From the human T2T-CHM13v2.0 reference genome, Homo sapiens: a stretch of DNA of 64,000 nt. Each line of letters opens with the position of its first letter. Position 1 is the stretch's first letter. A model generated the notes under the pieces. It had not been told where the DNA came from, did not search any database, and was given only the letters and a program-made list of their open reading frames with translations. Below, in pieces: positions 33,569 through 47,520 of this stretch. Location of the stretch: NCBI RefSeq assembly GCF_009914755.1, contig NC_060939.1. One strand, given 5' to 3'. Both the position numbers and the translations under genes were made by a program.

Positions 33569-34080
33569 GGCTAGGTGCAGTGCCTCATGCCTGCAATTCC
33601 AGTATTTTGGGAGGCTGAGGCAGGACTGCTTGAAGCCAGGAGTTCAAGAACAGCCTGGGCAACAAAGGGAGACCCCATCTCTACAAAAAAATTTTAAAAT
33701 TAGCCAGTTGTGGTGAAACCCACCTGGTTCTAGCTACTTTAGAGTCTCTCAGTCCTCTTATGCTTTGAATCCTCTTTGGAGAGTTACTGAAAATTCACAC
33801 AGTTATGCTGCATCAGAGTTGGGGCCAATCTTGCACTCCCCACCCCTGTACCCTAAGCTACTACAACATAGTACCATTTTGAAACCAAATCCACTGCTAG
33901 ACTATGTCCTGCTCTTGGGATCAGTGACCACTGACTCTCCATCCATGAGGTCCCAATGTAATTGGCTGTAATAGGCTCAGGTGGGAGGATCACTTGATCC
34001 CAGGAGTTTAAACTGCAGTGAACTATAATCATGTCACTGCACTCCAGCCTGGGCTACAGAGCAAGATTCTGTCTCTAAAT
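33569..34080 (+). mobile_element. AluJ within L1 ORF2, carrying a 223-bp non-Alu insert (33741-33963)
   Basis: Alu breaks at agctactt and resumes at aggctcaggtgggagg; TSD aaaaaacaagg / aaaaagcaagg. Confidence 0.9.
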
Positions 34081-37000
34081 TAATTACTTAGGGGGAAAAA
34101 AGCAAGGCTCAACTCTATGCTATCTACAAGAAACTCAGCTCATCTTTGTAGGCAAACATAGATGAAAAGTGAAAGGATATAAAAAGATATTCCAAGCAAA
34201 TGAAAACCAAAAGCAAGGAGGAGGAGCTATTCTTAGATCACATAAAATACTTTAAGTCAAATACTGTAAAAAGAGATTAAGAAAGTCATTGTATAATGAT
34301 AACAGGATCAATTAAACGAGGATGTAACAGTTATAAATATGTATCTAACCATCACAAGAGCACCCAAATATATAAAGCAAGTATTATATCTAAAGGAAGA
34401 AATAGACTGCAAAACAATAATAGTAGAGAGCTTCAACACCTCACTTTCAACAATGGATTAGATTACCTAAACAGAAAATCAACAGATAAACATTAGATTT
34501 AACCTGCACTATAGAGAAATGAATCAAACAGACATTTACAGATTATTCCATCCAACAGCTAGAGAAAACAGATTCTTCTCAGCTACACATGGAGCCTTCT
34601 CTCCATGTGAGGTAGATTATATGTTAGGCCACAAAGCAAGTCTTTAACAAATTTAAGTAGATCGTATGAAGTATATTTTCTGAACACAGTATATAAAACT
34701 AGCTATGAGCAATAAGAAAAATTACAAATACACAGACATTAGACAACATACTCCTGAATAATCAATGAGCCAATGAATAAGTTGAAATGGAAATTAAAAA
34801 TTCTTAGATAAATTAGAATTGAAGCACGTCATTCTAAAGCCTATGGGACACAGCAAAAATAGTTCTAACAGGGTGGTTTATAGCAATAAATGCCAATATC
34901 AAAAAAGAAGGAAGATTTTTAATAAAAACCTAATCCCCTCAAGAAAGTAGAAAAACAGCCTAAACTCAAAACTGGTAAAAGAAAGTAAATAATAAAGCTT
35001 TGAGCAGAAAAAAACCAAATAGAGACTATAAAAACAACTCAAAAGATCAGCAAAATGAAGACTTGGGTGTTGGAAAGATAAACAAAATCTACAAACCCTT
35101 AGCTCGGCTAAGGAGGAAAAAAAGAGAGGACTTAAAAAATAAAATCAGAGATGAAAACAGAGACATTAAGCTGATACCACAGAAATACAAAAGATTTTAA
35201 GAAACTATTATTAACCACTACATACCAACAAATTACATAACATAGAATAAATAAATAAATGCCTGGACACTAAAATCTACCAAGATTAAATTGCGAAGAA
35301 ATGGTAAAATCCGAACATAACAAGTGAGAAAATTAAATCAGTAATAAAAATTCTTTTGTCAAAAGCAAGCCCAAGACCTGATAGCTTCAGTGCTGAATTC
35401 TACCAACATTTAAAGAGAACTAACACCATTTATTCTCAAACTATTCCAGAAAATTGAAGATGGGAGAGTACTTCTGAACTCATTTAATGAGGCCAGCATT
35501 ACCCCAATATCAAATCAGACAAAAACGTCACCACCACAACAAAACTACAAGCCCTGATGAGCATAGATGCAAAATTCTCAACAAGATATTAGCAAACCAA
35601 ATTTCAAAGCAGATTAAAAAGATTGTTTACTATGATCAAGTGGAATTCATCCAAGGAAAGCAAGGATAGTTTGACACATGTAAATAAATAAATATAACAT
35701 ACCATATTAACAGAAAAAAAGACAAAACCTATATGATCATTTCAATAGATACAGAAAAATTATTTAACAAAATTTAACACTCTTTTTATGATAAAAACTC
35801 TCAGCAAATTAGCTATAGAATGTATCTAATATCATACTGAACAAGGATAAGCTTATTCCTTATCAGGAATAAGATAAGGTTGCCCAGCTTTACCACTTTT
35901 TTTCAACGTGGTACTGGAAGTTCTAGTCAGACCAATTAGACAAGAGAAAGAAATAAAAAGAATTTAAATTGGAAAGGAGGAAGTTAAATATCTGTTTGCA
36001 GGTAACATGACCTTATATGGAAAAAAACATGACCACCAAAATACTAATAGAAGTAATAAATTTTGTAAAGTTGCAGTATGCAAAGACAACATACAAAAAT
36101 CAGTAGCATTTATATACACTAATAGTAAAATATCTGAAAGATAAATCAAGAAAAAATTTATTTACAATAGCTACAAAAAATAAGATCTAGGAATACACTT
36201 AACTAAGGAGGAAAAATATTTCTACACTGAAAACCACATAACACTGTGAAAGAAATTAAAGAGGGCACAAATAAATGGAAAAATAGTCCATATTCATAGA
36301 TTGGAAAATTTATTGTTAAAATGACTGTACAACACACAATGGTCAATTTAATGCAATCCTATCAAAATGCCAATAACATTCACAGAAAAAAAATTATAAA
36401 ATTCATGTGGTACCACAAAAGACCTTAAATCACCAAAGGAATCCTGAACAAAAAGAACAAAACTGGGGATATAATGCTGTCTGATTTTGAAATATAGTAT
36501 AAAACTATAATGATCAAAATAGCATGATATTGGCATAAAAATAGACACACTGACCACTACAGCAGAGAGCCCAGATATCAATTCACATATCTACAGTCAA
36601 ATGATTTTTGATAAAGATTTTAATAACACATACGGGGGAAAAGGCGGTCCCGTCAATGAATAGTGCTGGGAAAATTGGATATCCACACACAGAAGGATGA
36701 GAATAGACCCCTACTGCTCACTGTATTAAAAAAAAATGGATGAAAAACTTTAATGTAAAACCTGAAACTCTTGAAACTACTAGAAGAACACATAGGGAAA
36801 TGCTTCATGACATTGGGCTGGGCAAGAAATTTTAATATAAGCACAGGCAACAAAAGCATTAATAGGCAAATGAGATTACATTAAACTAAAAATCTTCACA
36901 GCAAAAGATGTAATTATCCGAGTGAAGGGACAATCTACAGAATGAGAGAAGCTATTTGTATACGTCTGACAAGTAGTTAATATTCAGAATACATAAGAAA

Positions 37001-37321
37001 CTTAAACAACTCTGTAACAACAACAACAACAACAAAAACCCCCAAATAACCTGATTTTAAAATGGGTGAAAGATGCTCATAGACATATCTGAAAAAATAT
37101 ATATAAATGCCCAACAGGCATATGAAAAATACTCAACTAATCAGCAAGGAAATGCAAATCAAAGCCACAATGAGATACTATCTCACTCCAATTAGAATGG
37201 CTATGATCAAAAAGATATGAAAACAAGTGTTTGTGAGAATGTGAAGAAAATAGAACATTTACACAGTGTTGGTGGGATTGTAAACTAGTACATCCATGAA
37301 ATAAAACAGTATGGAGTTTCC

Positions 37322-38040
37322 TTTTGTTTGCTGGTTTTTGTTTGTTTGTTTGTTTTTAATCAAACTTATGGAAAAGGTACAAGTAGGTTACAAAGAATTT
37401 TCCTTCCTGAACCATGTGAGGGTCAGTTGCTGATCGTCTCCTGCCTGCCCACGATACAGACACTGAATAGGAAGTCAGCATGGGCATAGTACTCCCAGCT
37501 GGTCCTCAGGATGGTGTCATGTCCTCTAGGAAAAGGATCCAGTTCGGGATCATGAGTTGCATTTGGTTGTCATCTCTTTGGTCTCCTTCTGACTGGAAGC
37601 TTTTTGACTTTCAGGATGTGGACACTTTTGAAGTGTTCTGAATTTATAGAATGTTCCTCTGTTTGGCTGGTGTTTCCTCATGACTGAATTCAGGTTAAGC
37701 ATCTTTGGCAGGAGTGTGACAGCAGTGACACTCTTGGGTGGCACATACTTTCAAGGGGCCCATTATTGATGTGCATTTTTACCACTTGGTGAAGATGGTG
37801 TCTGCTGGGCTTCTCCAGTGTGACTTTCCCTTTCTAACTAAACAGTGTTTTGTGGGGGACTCTCAAAATCTGTAAATACCCCATTCCTCAGCAAACTTTC
37901 AGATCAATTCATATGTATTGATATGAGCATGTAGTTCCCTATAAAAGGCTGTACTGTATTCCATTAATAGTTAATTGTTTTGATGCTCAGATTGTCCCAG
38001 ATTTGGCCAGTGGAAGCCCCTTCACATAGGCTCCTGTATC
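37322..38040 (-). mobile_element. L1MC4/5-like 3'UTR nested within the L1MA
   Basis: tgatgctcagattgtcccagatttggccagtggaagccccttca and catgactgaattcaggtta resemble L1MC4-type 3' ends; (TTTG)n tail at the left. Confidence 0.7.
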
Positions 38041-38528
38041 CTTAAAAAATTAAAAATAGAAACATCATATGATCTAGCAATCCCACTGTTGGGTATATAT
38101 ACACAAAAGAAAGGAAATCAGTATTTTGAAAAGATATCTGCATTCCCATGAGTTTATTGCAACATATTCACAATAGCAAGCTATGGAATCAACCTACTGT
38201 CCAAAAACAAATGAATGAGTTTTTAAAATGTGGTATATTTACACAATGGAATACTATACAGCCATAAAAAAGAATAGAATTGTGTTATCATGACAACATG
38301 GCAGAACCTGGAGAATATCATGTTAGGTAAAATAAGCCAGACACTGAAAGACAAATACTATATGATCTCAGTCATATGTAGAATCTAAAAAAAAGTTGAT
38401 ATTATTGAAGCAGAGAGTAGAACAGTGGTTACCAGAGACTGGAGAGGCAAGGGGAGAGGCAAGAATTGGGACAGGTTGGTCAATGCATACAAAGTTACCA
38501 TTAGGTAAGAGGAATAAGTTCTGGTGGT

Positions 38529-38838
<310 letters not shown>

Positions 38839-39909
38839 AAGTTCTGGTGTTTTATTGCAAAGTAGAGTGATGAAGGTTAACAGTAAGATATTGTAATGTT
38901 ACAAAATAGCTAGAAGTGATGCTTTTGAATGTTCTCACAACACAGAAATCATAAATAATGAATGAGGTGGTGAATATACTAACCACCTTGTTTTGATCAT
39001 TACGAAACATATATATGTATCAAAATGTACAACTGTACTGTGTAAAGATGAAGAACTATGATGTGTAAATTAAAAAAGAACCTGTAGAGCTCTGTTTTCC
39101 ATCTGATACAACCTTGAATATATGAATAGCTACGATGAGCTTTCTCTTTCATTATGACCATGAAGTGTGAACCAGAAATCAAGTTTTACTGGTTTTTGTT
39201 CTAATATTTTGATTTTGGTTGCTGCCACAAAATGATATAGTTTATTTTTCATGATACATATATTGACTGATTTGAAAATGTATTCTTGGCACATTGTCCC
39301 ACTGAAAGGCAGGTTAGAAAATATGTACCATATGATTTCATTTATCTGTGTGTGGCAGAGGCAGGGTTAAGAGAGTTTGAAAGGGTTAAAAGTAGCTGTC
39401 AGTGAGTAGGTGAAATTATGTTTTCTTTCTTTCTTTTTATTTTTGTTGATGTTTTATATTTTTTCTATAGTAAACATACTTTTATAATAATGAAGATAAA
39501 TTACTGAACTAATATACCAAGTATCCTCCTCACCGTAGTTTTGCCCAGCAGATCACAACAAACACAGTCTGTACTGGTCAGTCATTGGCACATCTGATCC
39601 GTGGCATTTTCTTACATCACAAGTTCTTGGAAAAGTTTTGGCAAAAGGGGCAGTGCAAATAACCCTCAATCCTGGAAACCTATGCAATATGTTATTTTTC
39701 CTTTCTGGTTAGTAAATACTGGAATCCAAATACTATTTTTTAAATCATTAAAGCTAAGAGTTTTTTTTGTTTGTTTGTTTTTTGTTTTTTTGTCAACCAG
39801 CTTCAGCTGAATTGCCTGCTACTTCCATTTACTGACAGCATATAAATAAATGCGTGTATGGTGGCCATAAGGACAAGTTGTGGCAGAACATCTCGTACCC
39901 AGGCAGAGA

Positions 39910-40010
39910 GGCTAATCTTGGTGGAGTTGTTGACATCCTGTGTGACCTTGTGTGAATCATTTGACCTCTGTTTCTGCCTGTCTTTCCTCTTCAAAAAATG
40001 GGACACATAA
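39910..40010 (+). mobile_element. MIR core fragment
   Basis: ctgtgtgaccttgtgtgaatcatttgacctctg...tttcctcttcaaaaaatggg. Confidence 0.6.
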
Positions 40011-40254
40011 CAAAAGCTTGATTTGGAGACTAAACTCGAGCAAGAAAAGAAGTTTATATTATAGTAACAAATACAAATGAATAAGCTCAAGAAACAGGAA
40101 ACAATTAAGTTTGACATTAGGAAAATAATTATTCACAAATGGAATGATAGTGGTTTTGGATATGGGACTTACCTAGAAATTCTAGAGGTTTTTAGTAAAT
40201 GCAGATCTGACCTACAATGAGTATTTTAAGTAGATTCAATTTTTGAAGCAATTT

Positions 40255-40560
40255 TTTCTTTTCTTTCTTTCTCTGTCTCTCTCTTTTTTTTTTTTTTTTT
40301 GAGACGGAGTCTTGCTCTGTGGTGCGACCTTGGCTCAATGCAACCTCTGCCACCTGGGTTCAAGCGATTCTCCTGCCTCAGCCTCCTGAGTAGCTGGGAT
40401 TACAGGCATGCACCACCACACCCCGCTGATTTTTGTATTTTTTAGCAGAGACAGGTTTCAGCACCTTGGCCAGGCTAGTCTTGAACTCCTGACCTCATGA
40501 TCCACCTGTCTCAGCCTCCCAAAGTGCTAGGATTAGAGGCTTGAGCCACCACGCCCGGCC
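40255..40560 (-). mobile_element. AluS SINE with a short internal deletion
   Basis: TSD tgaagcaatttttt. Confidence 0.93.
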
Positions 40561-40769
40561 TGAAGCAATTTTTTTCTACTCACACAGATTTAAAACAAAG
40601 AAGATTTTTTATTGTTTCATTTAAATTATTTTCAAAAGATGCTTGGAGTTGAACACTGTCATTTTTTCCAGTATTTTTTCATTTATTTCTAATATTAAGA
40701 TGCCAGTGATAGAAAAATTTATTACTTAAGATTTATCGGGTGATCACGATGTTTCCAGAAACTGTGCTA

Positions 40770-41050
40770 GATTCATTCACTTGGTAACCTAGCAAATATC
40801 TGTTGAGTGCCAACTACGTTAGACTCTCTGAATTAACTACGCACTTCCAGCTGCTGTGAGAACCAATCTATGCTGTGATATAAAGACGGTATTTGCATTG
40901 AAGAAATTTCCCATCTAAGTGAGAGAACAAATGGAGAAAATAAGCCATTTAACTTCAGGGCAAGAACAGAAGTTCACACTTGCACTAATGCAGGTGAGAA
41001 GAGATGTGATGAGAGCGTGGACCACAATAACCTTTACAAAGGACACAGAA
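40770..41050 (-). mobile_element. L2 3' fragment
   Basis: attcattcac...gcaaatatctgttgagtgccaactac. Confidence 0.55.
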
Positions 41051-42264
41051 GAGGGAACAAATTCGTATCTGCTTTAGATACTTGATCTCTCTCGAGTTGG
41101 TGGTCAAGGGAGTGGGACAGGGAAGGAATGGAGAGTTTTGTCCTGGGTAATCTTCATTAATACAGATTGTGAATGAGAATGTTGGGAAATTGAAGGGGTG
41201 TTCAACTAATTTGGGTTATTTTAAATTTGGGACGTATATTAAATACAGAAGGTCACTGAAACACTTGAATATAGGATTCTGGAAGCACAAAGTTTGGTCT
41301 GTCCTAGATACAAAAGGTACTTGAGTATAAATACTTGCTGGAAATTTCTATTTTTGTTTCTTGTATTTGGCTATGGATAAATTCTTCTTTGGGAATACAG
41401 AGACAGAGTAGAGACTCACGAAGAACTATTCTGCTGGTAATTCTTTATGTTTTAATAGTCTGTTTTGGTGGGATAAGCAGAAGGTTTACAGTAACAAGGT
41501 CAAATTCAAATAAACTTTTACTTGCAGGATAAATGACCATGAGGAAATAAATTTCTCCAGGATTCCGATTTCTCATTGGTGAAATGAACCAAAGACTGTC
41601 CATTTTCATTTTTAGACCTCATGTTTCTTATTCAGAAAAAAAAAAAGAAATTAAAGCAACAATTTGCTTAAGCCATTAACTTTCCAGCTGCACTTGGATT
41701 TAGGGCTGGCAGATTGTTTGCATCTTGAGAATCTGCACTTCTAGTATGAAGTCAAAGAGGAAATCCATATTATTACTTATAAAGTCAAATCCAATTTATA
41801 TATTTGACTGTTGACTCCAATTGTCTGGCAATTTCAGGTAGATGCAGTTTGGTTATTCTGTCTGAATTTGACTTAATTTTTCTTGAGGGTCACAAAGGTA
41901 CCATAAGTGTGTTTTATTCTGTAAGATATAAAGGGCAGTTATTCAAACAAAAAAGATCTATAACCAGATCCTGGAGCATGCGTATTTCCACAGGGTTTTC
42001 TTCAATTTAGAGATAAAGTGAAGCTCTCAATTTACCAGTTAAAGTAATTTACATCTGATATTAGAGCGGTAGTCTCCAGGGGCCCTTGGTTATTTATTTA
42101 AAACTCTTATATCCTCTTTTCCCCAACATTTTTCTCCTTACATTTTTCTTTTTGATCTCATTCACTTGTAAAGTAATGTGGGAAAGTGTCACTTCCTCTC
42201 CATTCTAATACTTTTTAACAAGCTTGTACTATCAATACAGTTTCTGTTTATTTATGCAGTCTTA

Positions 42265-42380
42265 TTAACTCATTTATTCAAGCAATATTTATTGAATACC
42301 TACTAAGTGCTAACAGGCTGCTGTGCTGGTGCTGAGGATGTAATGATAATAGATAATTACGTGGCCCCCTGCCTCCGCCC
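42265..42380 (-). mobile_element. L2 3' end
   Basis: catttattcaagcaatatttattgaatacctactaagtgc...gtgctgaggat. Confidence 0.7.
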
Positions 42381-44929
42381 CCGTGAAATTTCCAGTCCAG
42401 CCCTCCCAGCGAGTCTGAAAGTGCAGTTCATTTTGTAACTGACATAGCTGAATGATCAGTAGTCAGGAAAGGGGAGGAAAGCTGCATGTACCATCTGTCC
42501 TGAAAACTGCAGGGGAATTTTAGGGAAATCAGACGTAATCACAGATTATATTTAGAATAGGATTGAACAGAGAACATTAACTTAAGGTCATAACATCCCT
42601 TGTAGGCATTTATTCACTGTTGTGACATGACTTTATTAAAGCACTTAGAATAACAGACAAAATTAAGTCTTAGTTTTTGTAAGATTAAAAGTTGAGTAGA
42701 AAAAGCAAATATAGGTTGGCATGATATTTCTACGTATAGTATTGCTGAAAGTGTTCATTTTATAAGGATGCTCTCAAGTAAAGGGTTTCTTAAGAGTAGG
42801 GTTATAATCCAAAACTGGGATGATATTCTAGATCAATTTAAGCAAAAATGAAATTGAATAAATATTAATGAATTGTCAAAAACAACTTTATTCTGTATAC
42901 TCTGCTTGCTCTTATGAACATGACTGTATTCAAGTACCTTATGAAATATTTTGTTTTCACCCAATTTCTTATGTCAAATACACCATAAGTTTTGAAAATG
43001 GAGATGGTAAAAGCTACTTTTTAATGATCAAAATGTATCTTATCAGGAAATTATTGACCTGCACTTCATTGTGTTGAGCTGAATAAGAATGATTCCAAAT
43101 CTTGATTTCTCCCTCTAAAAACATTTATCATTCATTTTCTTAATATGATTTTTTAAAAGAAAGACACTAAACTTTCTTGAAAATAAACTAAAATGATTGT
43201 TAACAATAAACAATTAGATAACTTAAGTGAAGTAGGGTCTTCTAGGTGGGCAAATGACAATGCGTAAATAATCAGTTCTGGGACAGGATAAGGAGAGGGA
43301 GCTGGGCCTTAGGGACTGCATGGTTCATATTTATAGTTGAAGGTTCTGAGGAAGCTCACAGATGTGATCTTTATTAATCCCAATATTTTATTTTATACCT
43401 GAATTTATAATTGGGTCTTAAAATCAAATGAGATGTCATTGCATGACCATCTGTTGTTTCAAAAATAAGAGGCACACTCAGATGTTGTCAATGGCCACTT
43501 TAAAAAGATGAATTCTCATGTTCCAAAGCTGTTTTTGAAATATTTTCAGAAAATTTTTCATTTTAATAGAAAGAAAAATTATGAATGTAAGTGGAAACAT
43601 TCCAACAGCCTTCTGTCTACTGCTTAGAATAAATAAATGGCAAGATATGTTTTATTTCCTAGTGCCCTTCCTCACTCACTCACCACCCCATCGTGGTGCT
43701 CATGACGATTTGAGTTTTTAGATGATAGAAAGACTGCAGTCTTCCATGCTCAGGCCCAGCCTAGAAGTCAACAACATGGCAGAGAGTGGATACCATTTTG
43801 TTCCCAGAGGCAGCCCCTTTATAGGCATTAGTGGTGACATATCTGGCAGGGGGCTGGGTTGAGAGATTCTACATCATGTATGCATGGTGTGATTGGCAGG
43901 ATGTCTGGAAGGATTATAGTGTCTCATTTTCTAGATCTGCCAATCTGACATCGGGCCAAAACATGGGAAAATAGAGGCAAGGATGTTTTCTACCTTGTTT
44001 TGATTTTCTTTAACATACACCAAATAATTTTATAGCAATCATTTTATTTTGTCCTCTGAATTGTGCTGTAATTATTTCTGAGCTGTTTATCAAGTTATGC
44101 AAACATGTGTGCATATAGATTTTTTATTTATGGCTACCTAAAATTTATGGATGTATATACATACCATATATAATCTTGGTATTACATATGTGTATGTGTA
44201 TGTATGCATACACACATGCATACAAGCAATTCAATACCATGAAAGCAATAATCCCAAATAAAAACACATTCCCAAAGCATGACTTGTCATTCTTTATTCA
44301 TTTGTCATTGTAACTCAAATATGAATTCAGGTTTCTAAAACCAAAAGACTCAGTACAGAAACCCAGGGTATCATGTGCAGGGGTGGGGGTGAAATGTTCT
44401 GTTCATTCTGACCTGAGGGCTGGTTGCACCTGTCAGAAGACCTCAATTTTAACAGAGCTAACATCCATAACTAGTATGTAGCTTTCAAATCCCAAAGCCT
44501 GCATGTTCCTGAATCACACCATTAAATTCCCCAGGAGAGATCCCCTTGAATGGTGTTCTGCTTTAATGGAGGAAATTTCTGCCGATCACAAGTTTAAGGA
44601 ATAACCATTTTCTCTTGGTTCCACCTTCCCTACCTTCTTTTACCTATCTGTCATGCCTGGATAGGCCATTCTTCGTTTGAATGTCTAAACAAAGCATAGA
44701 GGAAAAACATTTAAAGAAATAAAAAGGAGGGTAACCATTCCAGCAATTTCTCATCGGAACTTTAATGGTATATCTGTGAAAAAGTAATAAATGGGCTATA
44801 GTTCATTAGGCAAGAATAAATTTCCCTCCATAATTTTATCTTTGTTTAATTGAATATTTAATTAGTATAAATATAAAACTAATTTTTGAATGTGTTCAGT
44901 ACATTTAGCAAGAAGACTTGGTGCTGAGC

Positions 44930-45360
44930 TCTGTAGAGAAGCACTTCTGCAGATGCAGACAGCCACCGTGCCCTCCGTGTCCTCCTCGGTGTGCTGATAG
45001 AAGTGAGTGGGTCATTTGGCATTAGCAAAGGAGTAAGTTCGCATTTGCACTGAGCTGGATCTTGCCAGACTGTGCATATTGGAACCCGCAGACAGAGGCT
45101 GCTTTCACGTTGATGAATGGGTTTTTTCAAGCGTTCTGCTCCCTAGTTATGAGAAGGGTGACCCGGTCAGGAGACAACTTTATGAAGCTATAAAAAATGT
45201 ATGTCACTTTGGACTCTCTAATGTCACAGGGAAGGGGAAAAGAAATCTGTGCAAAAATGGCAGGGTAATAAGGCTGTTTTCAATGCTCGAAATAGCTTTC
45301 TGTCTACAGTCACATGCAGCCCGAAACCCGGGCCATAGAGGGTGTCCTGGATGCATTGTT
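44930..45360. promoter_or_regulatory. Putative regulatory element (CpG-retaining unique DNA)
   Basis: About 11 CpGs in about 400 bp against a depleted background; TATAAAA at 45189; DR1-like gagtccaaagtga on the minus strand near 45205. Confidence 0.3.
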
Positions 45361-45384
45361 GTTGAATAGATTAGGAAAAAACAA

Positions 45385-45424
45385 AATACACATATATATA
45401 TATATACACATATATATATATATA
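45385..45424. repeat. (TA)n/(CA) microsatellite
   Basis: Directly visible. Confidence 0.9.
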
Positions 45425-46943
45425 GCTTTGTTTGGCTTTTCTTGCCTTCACAGAAATGCTTATGGTGATGACAATAAGACATTTCAAAATGCAGGTCTGG
45501 TGGTTCTGTGTCAGCACTAGGAAAGGTGCAATGTCTTTTTAAAAGCAAGCAATCTACTCAAGGTGGTGATGACTTTTAAGTATGCAGAGAAGCCAGAAAG
45601 GGAGGCACTACAAAGCAAACACATTTTGAAAGGGGTCTTTTCATCTAATATTTTATAAAGTCTTTCCTCTGTATCACAAAGATGTTTCTTTTTTTTTTTT
45701 TAAAGGGAGGTTTTCCAGGTACACTTACCCCTTATGCTTTCCGTTGAATACTCTGGGGTTTACAGATAGGGACATGTCAATTTCAACAAAAGCAGCCCTC
45801 TGTAGACCCATAATTTAGCATTCATTGAACTATTTCATTACTCTCATCAATATGCATATTTCCCAGTATCAGGTGCTTTCCTTTTGGATATGTCACGCAT
45901 TTCATAACTCATGTTCAGATGTTAATTTACACAAGATAGGGAACCACGGGAGCAAGGTCAGAGGTTTTGCCTTTATTAGGGCTTCAGTTAGTCACAGGTG
46001 AACTTTGGAAAGTCTCAACTGGATTCAAACAACTGGGTGAATCTTACAACAGTGGAGCATCCCCTTCCAAATCCAGATACACTTTGTCATTCCTTTTCTG
46101 GAACTTTAAACTTTCCCCATTAACATACCTGGAAAGAGGAAAAATATGTAAAAGGCTATGAGCTCAATATTCCAGTTATAGCAAATGTGAGGCTCATAGA
46201 TAGTTCTGAAGAGAGAGGGAGAGAACTGAATTTTTCACCCGTGGACACTAATGTGATATTTCTTTATCTTTTCCTCATGAAGATGTATGACTATCAGGTA
46301 GCTTTCTAGCCCCGGCCATGGATGTTGATTTTGCTTGCACTGGTCACTATGCTTTGCAGTATGCAATCTCTCCATTCTGCCCAAACTGACCCAAAGCCCA
46401 TGAAATACCATGCTCTAAGAATATTCCCCCAAATGGGAAACTACTTTGTGCAACAACAAAACCACTCAACGAAGTCCGCTTTCCTGAAGAAATAGGAGTA
46501 TTAGACTCATACAAGGAGCTGGCAGTTAAGCAGGCAGAGAGAAAAGAGAGACAGGAAAATGCTGAATCATAGGGAGGCAGAGACTACTGAGATTGCTGCC
46601 TGCACCAAAACAAGTTATGGCATCAGAGCACATTCCAGGCCTCCCCAGGACCTCACTAATTAACAGCTCATTCTGACCTCCCTGGGAGTTATAAAACTCC
46701 ATCACCTGGAAAGTCCTGAGCTGTTTTCTCTTTGCTGCCTGAGTGAGCTGACCTAATACAAGAGCATATGTTCATATTTTAAAAAGAGGCCTCATCCTAC
46801 TAAACAGTATTTTTGAACTTTACATTAAAAGCAATCCAGAAATAAAAGGGGAACAGACCTATACTTGTCTTTAAAGTATTTTAAAGAAGAGAGTAAATAT
46901 GTACTCAATGGAGGCTTAAGATGCAAGTTAAGATGGGAGACCC

Positions 46944-47247
46944 TGCCGGGCACAGTGGCTCATGCCTGTAATCCCAGCACTTTGGGAGGCTGAGGCTGGT
47001 GGATCACAAGGTCAGGAGATTGAGACCACCCTGCCTAACAAGTTGAAACCCAGTCTCTACTAAAAATACAAAAAATTAGCCTGGTGTAGTGGCACATGCC
47101 CGTAGTCCCAGCTACTCAGGAGGCTGAGGCAGAGAATCACTTGAACCCAGGAGGCAGAGCTTGCAGTGAGCTGAGATCGCACCACTGCACTCCAACCTGG
47201 GCGACAGAGTGAGACCCCATCTCAAAAAAAAAAAAAAAAAAAAAAGA
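46944..47247 (+). mobile_element. AluSc/Y-like SINE
   Basis: Full dimer with long A tail; agaccc on both flanks. Confidence 0.95.
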
Positions 47248-47389
47248 AGACCCATGAGGTAAAAGAAAATAAAAGCAGATTCATTAAAATTGCAGTGGAC
47301 GCTGATATAAGAGGGAGATCCCGTGGCATTTTCAGTCCCGGATCTCATCGGCCCAACGTATTATCATGGTTTAATATCATATGAAGGGT

Positions 47390-47520
47390 GGGTGAGCAAG
47401 GAGCACCCTCTGCCCAAGAAACAGGCAAAAAGGGGGTGCATTGTCTGTAAAGAATCTTAAAAGAATCATAAAACTGACTAAAGTAGATCTTTTTATTAAC
47501 ACAACCATTCCCTCCCTATC
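47390..47520 (+). mobile_element. Small hAT (MER97-like) DNA transposon fragment
   Basis: caggcaaaaagggggtgcattgtctgtaaagaat...ataaaactgactaaa resembles the recalled MER97 5' end. Confidence 0.5.
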
